The position numbers were made by a program, and so were the translations under genes. Below are positions 1 through 12,450 of a stretch of DNA of 64,000 nt, in pieces. The stretch lies in contig OZ024742.1 in the NCBI GenBank assembly GCA_964016885.1, positions 162,502,001 to 162,566,000 on the forward strand. The letters are read 5' to 3'. Under the pieces are notes generated by a model, which worked only from the letters and a program-made list of their open reading frames with translations, was not told the origin of the DNA and did no database searches. Numbering within the stretch: position 1 is the stretch's first letter; every line of letters begins with the position of its first letter. This stretch comes from Eledone cirrhosa. Its lineage: Eukaryota.

Positions 1-3000
1 ACCATCCTAACATAGGTAACGATACCCTCCCAACATAGGTAACGGCATCCTCCATCATAGGTAATGGCACCCTCCTAACATAGGTAATGGCACCCTCCTA
101 ACATAGGTAACGGCACCCTTCCAGCATAGGTAAAGCACCATCCTAACATAGGTAACGGCACTCTCCTAACATACGTAATGGCACACTCCCAACATAGGCA
201 ACGATACCCTCCCAACACAGGTAATGGCACCCTTCCATCATAGGTAACAGCACCCTCCCATCATAGGTAACGGCCCTCTCCCTACATAGGTAATGGTACC
301 CTCCTAACATAGGTCACGGCACCCTCCTAACATACGTAACGGCACCCTCTTAACATAGGTAATGGCACTCTCCCAACATATTTAACGGCATTCTCCCAAC
401 ATAGGTAACGGTACCCTCCCGACATAGGTAACGGCACCCTCCTAACATAGGTAATGTCACCCTACTAACATAGGTAACGGCACCCTCCCAACATATGTAA
501 CGGCACCCTCCTAACATAGGTAACGGCACTCTTCCAACATAGGTAATCGCACCCTCCCAACATAGGTAACGGCACCCTCCCAACATAGGTAATGGCACCC
601 TGCTCACATAGGTAACGGCACCCTCCCAATATAGGTAACGGCACCCTCCTAACATAGGTAACGGCACCCTCCCAACATAGGTAATGGCACCTTCCTAACA
701 TAGGTAAAGGCACTCTCCTAACTTAGGTAAAGGCACTCTCCTAACATAGGTAACGGCACCCTCCCAACATAGGTAATGGCACCCTGCTAACATAGGAAAC
801 GGCACCCTCCCAAAATAGGTAACGGCACCCTCCTAACATAGGTAACGGCACTCTTCCAACATAGGTAATGGCAACCTCTTAACATAGGTAACGGCACCCT
901 CCCAACATAGGTAACGGCACCCTCCTAACATAGGTAACGGCACCCTTCCAACATAGGTAAAGACAGCCTCCTAACATAGGTAACGGCAATCTCCCAACAT
1001 AGGTAACAGCACCCTTTTTATATAGGTAATGAAACACTTCGTACACGTAAAGGCACCCTCCTAACATAGTTAACGGTACTCTCCCAACATAGGTAACGGC
1101 ACCATCCTAACATTGGTAATGACACACTTTCAACATAGGTAACGGCATTCTTCCAACATAGGTAACGGCATCCTCCTAACATAGGTAATGGCATTCTCCC
1201 AACATATGTAACGGTACCCTCCTAACATAGGTAATGGCACCCTTCCAATATAGGTAATGGCACCCTTCTAACATAGGTAATGGCATTCTCCCAACATAGG
1301 TAACGGCACCCTCCCAACATAGGTAATGGCAAACTCCCAACATAGGTAACGGCACCCTCCCAACATAGATAACGGCAGCCTCCAAACATATGTAACGCCA
1401 CCCTTCCAACATAGGTAATGGCACCCTCCCAGCATAGGTAACGACACCCGCCGAACATAGGTAATGGCACTCTCCCAACATATGTAACGGTACCCTCTTA
1501 ACATAGGTAACGGCAGCCTCCCAACACAGGTAGTGGCACTCTCCCAACATAGGTTACGGCACTCTCCCAACACAGGTAACGACACCGTCCCACCATAGGT
1601 AACGGCACTCTCCTAACATAGGTAACGGCACTCTCCTAACAGGTAACGGCACCCTCCTAACATAGGTAACGGCACTCTCCTAACAGGTAACGGCACCCTC
1701 CTAACATAGGTAACGGCACCCTTCCAACATAGGTAATGGCACTCTCCCAACATAGGTAACGACACCCTTCCAACATAGGTAATGAAACCCTCCTAACATA
1801 GGTAACGACAACCTTCTAACATAGGTAATGGCATACTCCCAACATAGGTCACGGCACCCTCCCAACATAGGTAATGGCACTCTCCCAACATAGGTTATGG
1901 CACCCTCCTAACAAAGGTAATGTCACCCTTCCAATATAGGTAATGGCACCCTCCTAACATAGGTAACGGCACCCTCATAACCTAGGTAATGGCATTCTCC
2001 CAACATAGGTAACGGCACCCTCCCAACAGGTAATGACACTCTCCCAACATAGGTAACGGCACTCTCCCAACATAGGTAACGGCACTCTCACAACATAGGT
2101 AGAGGTACCCTCCCAACCTAGGTAACGGAACTCTCCCAAAATAGGTAACGGCACCCTCCCAACATAGGTAACGGCACGCTCCTAACATAGGTAACGGCAC
2201 CTTTCCGACATAGGTAATGGCACTCTCCTAACATAGGTAACGGCACCCTCCTAACATAGGTAATGACACACTTCGAACATGTAAAGGCACCCTCCTAACA
2301 TAGGTAACGGCACCCTCCTATCATAGGTAATGGCACGCTCCCAACATAGGTAAAGGAACCATCCTAACATAGGTAATGGCACCCTCCCAACATAGGTAAC
2401 GACACTCTCCTAACATAGGTGATGACACCCTCCTAACATAGGTAACGGTACCCTTCCAACATAGGTAGTGACAACCTCGTAACATAGGTAACGGCACCCT
2501 CCAAACATAGGTAACTGCATCCTTCCAACATAGGTAATGGCACTCTGCCAACATAAGTAACAGCACACTCCCTACATATGTAATGGCACTCTCCCAACAT
2601 AGGTAAGGGCACCATCCCAACATAGGTAACAGCACTCTCCCAACATAGGTAACGGCACCCTCCCAACATAGGTAACGGCACCCTCCCAACATAGGTAACG
2701 GCACCGTTCCAACATAGGTAATGGCACCCACCCAACATAGGTAACGGCACTCTCCTAAAATAGGTAATGGCACACTCCCAACATAGGTAACGGCCCGCTC
2801 TTAACATAGGTAATGGCACTCTCCCAACATATGTAACGGCACCCTCCTAACATGGGTAACGGCACCCTTCCAACATAGGTAATCCCACCCTCCTAAGATA
2901 AGTAACGGCACCCCCCAACATAGGTAATGGCACCCTTCCAATATAGGTAATGTCACCCTCATAACATAGGTAACGGCATTCTCATAACCTAGGTAATGGC

Positions 3001-6000
3001 ATTCTCCCAACATAGGTACGGCACCCTCCCAACATAGGTAATGGCAAACTCCCAACAAAGGTAACGGCACCCTCACAACATAGGTAGTGGCACTCTCCCA
3101 ACATAGGTAACGGCACCCTCACAGCATAGGTAATGGCACCCTGCTAACATAGGTAACGGCACCCTTCCAACATAGGTAAAGCACCATCCTAACATAGGTA
3201 ACGGCACTCTCCTAACATACGTAATGGCACACTCCCAACATAGGTAACGGTACCCTCCCAACACAGGTAATGGCACCCTCCCACGTTAGGTAACGGCACT
3301 CTCCCAGCATAGGTAATGGTACCCTCCTAACATAGGTAACGGCACCCTCCTAACATACGTAACGGCACCCTCCTAACATAGGTAACGTCACTCTCACAAC
3401 ATAGGTAACCACACCCTCATAACATAGTTAACGGCACCCTCCCAACATAGGTAATGGCACCCTCCTAACATAGCTAAGGACACTCTCCAAACATATGTAA
3501 CGGCACCCTCACAACATAGGTAACGGCACTCTCCTAACAGAGGTATCGGCACTCTCCCAACGTAGGTAACGGCACCCTTCCAACATAGCTAACGGCACCC
3601 TCCTAACATAGTTAACGGCACCCTACCAACATAGTTAACGGCACCCTCCTAACATAGGTAATGGAACCCTTCCAACACAGGTAAAGCACCCTCCTAACAT
3701 AGGTAACGGCACTCTCCTAACATAGGTAATGGCACATTCCCAACATAGGTAACGGCACCCTCCCAGTACAGGTAAGAGCACCCTTCCATCATAGCTAACG
3801 GCACACTCAGAAGTTGGGTAATGGCTCTCTCCAAACATAAGTAACGCCACTCTCCCAACATAGGTAACGCCAACATTCCAACATAGGTAATGGCACCCTC
3901 CTCTCATAGGTAACGGAACCCTCCCAACATAGGTAACGGCATCCTCCTAACATAGGTAACGGTACCCTCCTAACATAGGTAATGGCACTCTCACAACATA
4001 GGTAACGGCCCGCTCCTAACATAGGTAACGGCACCCTTCCAACATAGGTATAGCACCCTCCTAACATAGGTAACGGCACCCTCCTAATATAGATAATGAC
4101 ACTCTCACAACATAGGTAACGCCACCCTCCTAACATAGGTAACGGCAATCTTCCAACATAGGTAAAGCACCCTCCTAACATAGGTAACGGCACCCTCCTA
4201 ACATAGTTAATGGCACTCTCCCAACATAGGTAACGGCACCCTCCTAACATAGCTAACGGCACTCTACCAACATATGTAACGGCACCCTCCCAACATAGGT
4301 AACGGCACCCTCCCAACATAGGTAACGGCACCTCCCAACGTAGGTAACGGCATACTCCCAACATAGGTAATGGCACTCTCCCAACATAGGTAACGGCACG
4401 CTCCTAACATAGCTAATGGCACTCTCCAAACATATGTAACGGCACCCTCACAACAGAGGTAACGGCACTCTCCCAACATAAGTAACGGCACCCTCCCAAC
4501 ATAGGTAACGGCACACTCCCAACAGGTAACGGCACTCTTCCAACACAGGTAATAGCACCCTCCTAACAGGAAACAGCACCCTCACAACATAGGTAACGAC
4601 ACCCTCCTAACATTGGTAACGGCACCCTTCCAACATAGGTAAAGACAGCTTCCTAACATAGGTAACGGCACCCTCCAAACAGAGGGAACGGCACCCTCCC
4701 AACATAGGTAATGGCACTCTCCCAACATAGGTAACGGCACGCTTCAAACATAGGTAACGGCACCCACCTAACATAGGTAACCGCACCCTCCTAACATAGG
4801 TACCGGCACCCTCCCAACATAGGTAACCGCACCCTCCTAACATAGATAATGACACACTTCCAACATGTAAAGGCACCCTCCTAAGATAGGTAACGGCACG
4901 CTCCCAACATAGATAATGGCACCCTTCTAACATAGGTAATGGCACCCTTCCAATATAGGTAATGGCACCCTTTTAACATAGGTAATGGCACTCTCCCAAC
5001 ATGTAAAGGCACCCTCCTAACATAGGTACCGGCACCCTCCCAACATAGGTAACCGCACCCTCCTAACATAGATAATGACACACTTCCAACATGTAAAGGC
5101 ACCCTCCTAACATAGGTAACGGCACGCTCCCAACATAGATAATGGCACCCTCCTAACATAGGTAATGGCACCCTTCCAATATACGTAATGACACGCTTTT
5201 AACATAGGTAATGGCACTCTCCCAACATAGGTAACGGCACTCTCACATCATAGGTAACCACACCCTTCTGACATAGTTAACGGCACTCTCACAACATAGG
5301 TAACCACACCCTTCTGACATAGTTAACGGCACCCTCCCAACATAGGTAAGTGCACCCTCATAACATAGGTAACGGCACCCTCCCAACATAGATAACGGCA
5401 CCCTTCCAACATAGGTAACGAAACTCTCCTAACATAGGTAACGGCATTCTCCCAACTTAGGTAACGGCACCCTTCCAACATAGGTAATGGCACCCTCCTA
5501 ACATAGTTAACTGCACCCTACCAACATAGCCAATAGCACCCTCCTAACATTGGTAATGGCACCCTTCCAACACAGGTAAAGCACCCTCCTAACATAATTA
5601 AGGGCACTCTCCTAACATAGGTAATTGCACATTCCCAACATAGGTAACGGCACCCTCCCAACACATGTAACAGCACCCTTCCATCATAGCTAACGGCACC
5701 CTGCCAACATAGGTAATGGCACTCTCCAAACATAGGTAACGCCACTCTCCCAACATAGGTAACGGCACCCTTCCAACATAGGTATTGGCACCCTCCTCTC
5801 ATAGGTAACGGAACCCTCCCAACATAGGTAACGGCACCCTCCTAACATAGGTAACGGCAATCTTCCAACATAGGTAAAGCACCCTCCTAACATAGGTAAC
5901 GGCACCCTCCTAACATAGATAATGGCCCCATACTAACATAGGTAAAGGCACCCTCCAAATATAGGTAATGGCACCCTCCTAACATAGGTAATGGCACCAT

Positions 6001-8099
6001 TCCTATATATGTAATGGCACCATTCCTATATATGTAATGGCACCCTCCTAACATAGGTAACGGCACTCTTATAATCTAGGTAATGGCATTCTCCCAAATA
6101 GGTAACGGCACCCTCCCAACATAGGTAATGGCAAACTCCTCACATAGGTAACGGCACCCTCCCAACATAGGTAATGGCACCCTTCCAATATAGGTAACGG
6201 CACCCTCCTAACATACGCAACGGCACTCTCCTAACATAGGTAACGGCACCCTTCCAACATAGGTAATGGCACCCACCTCACATAGTTAACGACACCCTCC
6301 CAACATATGTATTGGCACCCTCCTAACATAGGTCACGGCACGCTTCCAACATAGGTAAAGGCACCCTTCCAACATAGGTAACGGCTCTCTCCTAACATAG
6401 CTAACGGTACTCTTCCATCATAGGTAAGGGCACCCTCCCAACATAGATACGGCACGGTCCTAACATAGGTAATGGCACTCTCCCGACATATGTAACGGCA
6501 CCCTTCTAACATAGGTAACGGCACCCTTCCAACATAGGTAAAGGCAGCCCCCGTACATAGATAACGGCACCCTCCTAACATAGGTAATGGCACTCTCCCA
6601 ACATAGGTAACGGCACTCTTCCAAGATAGGTAACGGCACCCTTCCATCATAAGTAATGGCACCCTCCTAACATAGGTAACAGCACCCTCCCAACATAGGT
6701 AACGGCACTCTCCTAACATAGGTAACGGCACACTCCTAACATAGGTAACGGCACCTTTCCAACATAGGTAATGGCACCCTCGTAACATAGCTAACGGCAC
6801 TCTCCCAACATAGGTAATGGCACTCTCACAACATAGGTAACGGTACCCTCCTAACATAGCTAACGGCACCCTCCCATCATAGGTAACGGCACCCTTACAA
6901 CATAGGTAATGGCACCCTCCTAACATAGGTAATGGCACCCTCCCAACATAGGTAACGGCACTCTCCCAACATAGGTAACGGCACTCTTCCAACATAGGTA
7001 ATGGCACCCTCCTCTCATAGGTAACGGAACCCTCCCAACATAGGTGACGGCACCCTCCTAACATAGGTAATGTCACACTTCCAACATGTAAAGGCACCCT
7101 CGTAACATAGGTAACGCCACGCTCCCAACATAGATAATGGCACCCTTCTAACATAGGTAATGGCACCCTTCCAATATAGGTAACGACACCTTCCTAACAT
7201 AGGTAATGACACACTTCCAACATGTAAAGGCACCCTCGTAACATAGGTAACGCCACGCTCCCAACATAGATAATGGCACCCTCCTAACATAGGTAATGGC
7301 ACCCTTCCAATATACGTAATGGAACGGTTTTAACATAGGTAACGACGATCTCCTAACATAGGTAACTGCATTCTCCCAACATAGGTAACGGCACCGTACC
7401 AACATAGGTAACGGCACCCTCCTAACATAGGTAACGGCAATCTTCCAACATAGGTAAAGCACCCTCCTAACATAGGTAAAAGGCATCCTCCAAATATAGG
7501 TAATGCCACCCACCTAACATAGGTAATGGCACGCTACTGACATAGGTAATGGCACCCTTCCAATATAGGTAACGGCACCCTCCCAACATAGGTAATGGCA
7601 AACTCCTCACATAGGTAACGACACCCTCCCAACATAGGTAATGGCACCCTTCCAATATAGGTAACGGCACCCTCCCAACATAGGCAAAGGCACTCTCCTA
7701 ACATAGGTAACTGCACCCTTCCAACATAGGTAATGGCACCCTCCTCACATAGTTTACGGCACCCTCCCAACATATGTAATGGCACCCTCCTAACATAGGT
7801 AACGGCAACCTTCCAACATAGGTAAAGACCCCTCCTAACATAGGTAACGGCACTCTCATAATATAGGTATTGGCACACTCCCAACATAGGTAACGGCACC
7901 CTCCCAACACAGGTATCGGCACCCTTCCATCATAGGTAACGGCACCCTCCCAACATAGGTAACGGCACTCTCCCAACATTGGTAACGGCACGCTCCCAAC
8001 ATAGGTAACGGCATCCTCCTAACATAGGTAACGACACCCTTCCAAACATAGGTAATGGCACTCTCCCAACATAGGTAACGCCACTCTCCCAACATAGGT

Positions 8100-11000
8100 A
8101 AAGGCACCGTGCCACCATAGGTAACGGCTCTCTCCTAACATAGCTAACGGTACCCTTGCAACATAGGTAACGGCACTCTTCCAAGATAGGTAAGGGCACC
8201 CTTCCATCATAGGTAATGGCACCCTCCTAACATAGGTAACGTCACCCTCCCAACATAGGTAACGTCACCCTCCCAACATAGGTAACGGCACTCTCCTAAC
8301 ATGGGTAACGGCACCCTCCTAACAGAGGTAACGGCACCCTTCCAACATAGGTAATGGCACCCTCGTAACATAGCTAACGGCACTCTCCCAGCATAGGTAA
8401 TGGCACTTTCACAACATAGGCAACGGTACACTCCCAACATAGGTAACTGCACCCTTACAACATAGGTAATGGCACCCAACTAACATAGGTAATGGCACCC
8501 TCCCAACATAGGTAACAGCACCCTCCCAACATAGGTAACGGCACCCTCCCAACACAGGTAACGGCACCCTCCTAACATAGGTAATGGAACTCTCCCAACA
8601 TAGGTAATGGCACCCTCCCAACATAGGTAACGGCACCCTCCCAACATAGGTAACGGCATCCTCCTAACGTAGGTAATGGTACTCTCCCAACATAGGTAAC
8701 GGCTCACTTCCATCATAGGTAATGGCACTCTCCCAACATAGGTAACGGCACCCTCCCAACATAGATAACGGCACCCTCCCAACATAGGTAACGGCACTCT
8801 CCCAACATAGGTAACAGCACCCTCCCAACATAGGTAACGACACTCTCCTAACATGGGTAACGGCACCCTTTCAACATAGGTAATGGCACACTTCCAATAT
8901 AGTTAATGGCACCCTCCTAACATAGGTAACGGCACTCTCCTAATATAGGTATTGGAAATCTCCCACCATAGGTAACGGCACCCTCCCAACACAGGTATCG
9001 GCACCCTTCCATCATAGGTAACGGCACCCTCCCCACATAGGTAACAGCACTCTCCCAACGTAGGTAACGGCACCCTCCCAACATTGGTAACGGCACCCTT
9101 ACAACATAGGTAATGGCACCCTCCTAACATAGGTAATGGCACCCTCCCAACATAGGTAACGGCACTCTCCCAACATAGGTAACGGCACCCTCCTAACATA
9201 GGTAACGGCACCATTCCAACATAGGTAAAGAACCCTCCTAACATAGGTAACGGCACCCTCCGAACATAGGTAATGGCACCCTGCTAACATTGGTAATGGC
9301 ACCCTTCCAGTATAGTTAACGGCACCCTCAAACATAGATAACGGCACCCTCCCAACATAGGTAACGACACTCTACTAACATAGGTAATGGCACTCTCCCA
9401 ACATAGGTAACGGCACCCTTCCAACATGGGTAATGGCACCCTCCTCACATAGTTAACGGCACCCTCCCAACATATATAATGGCACCCTCCCAACATAGGT
9501 AACGGCACCCTCCCAACATAGGTAACGGCATCCTCCTAACGAAGGTAATGGTACTCTCCCAACATAGGTAACGGCACCCTTCCATCATAGGTAATGGCAC
9601 TCTCCCAACATAGGTAACGCCACTCTCCCAACATAGGTAACGGCTCACTTCCATCATAGGTAACGGCTCTCTCCTAACATAGCTAACGGTACCCTTGCAA
9701 CATAGGTAACGGCACTCTTCCAAGATAGGTAAGGGCACCCTTCCATCATAGGTAATGGCACCCTCCTAACATAGGTAACGTCACCCTCCCAACATAGGTA
9801 ACGGCACTCTCCTAACATGGGTAACGGCACCCTCCTAACATAGGTAACGGCACGCTTCCAACATAGGTAATGGCACCCTCGTAACATAGCTAACGGCACT
9901 CTCCCAGCATAGGTAATGGCACTTTCACAACATAGGTAACGGTACCCTCCCAACATAGGTAACTGCACCCTTACAACATAGGTAATGGCACCCAACTAAC
10001 ATAGGTAATGGCACCCTCCCAACATAGGTAACAGCACCCTCCCAACATAGGTAACGGCACCCTCCCAACACAGGTAACGGCACCCTCCTAACATAGGTAA
10101 TGGAACTCTCCCAACATAGGTAATGGCACCCTCCCAACATAGGTAACGGCACCCTCCCAACATAGGTAACGCCATCCTCCTAACGTAGGTAATGGTACTC
10201 TCCCAACATAGGTAACGGCACCCTTCCATCATAGGTAATGGCACCCTCCTAACATAGATAACGGCACCCTCCCAACATAGGTAACGGCACTCTCCTAACA
10301 TAGGTAACGGCACCCTCCTAACATAGGTAACGGCACCCTTCCAACATAGGTAATGGCACCCTCGTAACATAGCTAACGGCACTCTCCCAACATAGGTAAT
10401 GGCACTCTCACAACATAGGTAACGGTACCCTCCCAACATAGGTAACGGCACCCTCCTAACATAGCTAACGGCACCCTCCCAACATTGGTAACGGCACCCT
10501 TACAACATAGGTAATGGCACCCTCCTAACATAGGTAATGGCACCCTCCCAACATAGGTAACGGCACTCTCCCAACATAGGTAACGGCACCCTCCTAACAT
10601 AGGTAACGGCACCATTCCAACATAGGTAAAGAACCCTCCTAACATAGGTTACGGCACCCTCCGAACATAGGTAATGGCACCCTGCTAACATTGGTAATGG
10701 CACCCTTCCAGTATAGTTAACGGCACCCTCAAACATAGATAACGGCACCCTCCCAACATAGGTAACGACACTCTACTAACATAGGTAATGGCACTCTCCC
10801 AACATAGGTAACGGCACCCTTCCAACATAGGTAATGGCACCCTCCTCATATAGTTAACGGCACCCTCCCAACATATATAATGGCACCCTCCCAACATAGG
10901 TAACGGCACCCTCCCAACATAGGTAACGGCATCCTCCTAACGTAGGTAATGGTACTCTCCCAACATAGGTAACGGCTCACTTCCATCATAGGTAATGGCA

Positions 11001-12450
11001 CTCTCCCAACATAGGTAACGGCACCCTCCCAACATAGATAACGGCACCCTCCCAACATAGGTAACGGTACTCTCCCAACATAGGTAACAGCACCCTCCCA
11101 ACATAGGTAACGACACTCTCCTAACATGGGTAACGGCACCCTTTCAACATAGGTAATGGCACACTTCCAATATAGTTAATGGCACCCTCCTAACATAGGT
11201 AACGGCACTCTCCTAATATAGGTATTGGAAATCTCCCACCATAGGTAACGGCACCCTCCCAACACAGGTATCGGCACCCTTCCATCATAGGTAACGGCAC
11301 CCTCCCCACATAGGTAACAGCACTCTCCCAACGTAGGTAACTGCACGCTCCCAACATAGGTAACGGTACCCTCCTAACATAGGTAACGACACCCTTCCAA
11401 ACATAGGTAATGGCACTCTCCCAACATAGGTAACGCCACTCTCCCAACATAGGTAAAGGCACCCTGCCAACATAGGTAACGGCTCTCTCCTAACATAGCT
11501 AACGGCTCACTTCCATCATTGGTAAGGGCACCCTCCCAACATAGATACGGCACCCTCCTAACATAGGTAATGGCACTCTCCCGGCATATGTAACGGCACC
11601 CTCCTAACATAGGTAACGGCACCCTTCCAACATAGGTAAAGGCAGCCTCCTAACATTGGTAACGGCACCCTCCTAACATAGGTAATGGCACTCTCCCAAC
11701 ATAGGTAACGACACTCTTCCAAGATAGGTTACGGCACCCTTCCATCATAGGTAATGGCACCCTCCTAACATAGATAACGGCACCCTCCCAACATAGGTAA
11801 CGGCACTCTCCTAACATAGGTAACGGCACCCTCCTAACATAGGTAACGGCACCCTTCCAACATAGGTAATGGCACCCTCGTAACATAGCTAACGGCACTC
11901 TCCCAACATAGGTAATGGCACTCTCACAACATAGGTAACGGTACCCTCCCAACATAGGTAACGGCACCCTCCTAACATAGCTAACGGCACCCTCCCAACA
12001 TTGGTAACGGCACCCTTACAACATAGGTAATGGCACCCTCCTAACATAGGTAATGGCACCCTCCCAACATAGGTAACGGCACTCTCCCAACATAGGTAAC
12101 GGCACCCTCCTAACATAGGTAACGGCACCATTCCAACATAGGTAAAGAACCCTCCTAACATAGGTAACGGCACCCTCCGAACCTAGGTAATGGCACCCTG
12201 CTAACATTGGTAATGGCACCCTTCCAGTATAGTTAACGGCACCCTCCAACATAGATAACGGCACCCTCCCAACATAGGTAACGACACTCTACTAACATAG
12301 GTAATGGCACTCTCCCAACATAGGTAACGGCACCCTTCCAACATAGGTAATGGCACCCTCCTCACATAGTTAACGGCACCCTCCCAACATATATAATGGC
12401 ACCCTCCTAACATAGGTAATGGCACGCTCCCAACATAGGTACCGGCACCC
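8100..12450. repeat. Local cluster of recent intra-array duplications (offsets ~1.4, ~1.5 and ~2.3 kb)
   Basis: A block containing CCATTCCAACATAGGTAAAGAACCCTCC...CCCTTCCAGTATAGTTAACGG occurs at ~9211, ~10612 and ~12128 (ORF offsets 1401 and 1516). CCCAACTAACATAGG occurs at ~8475 and ~9991. GGTATTGGAAATCTCCCACC occurs at ~8948 and ~11221. Confidence 0.85.
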
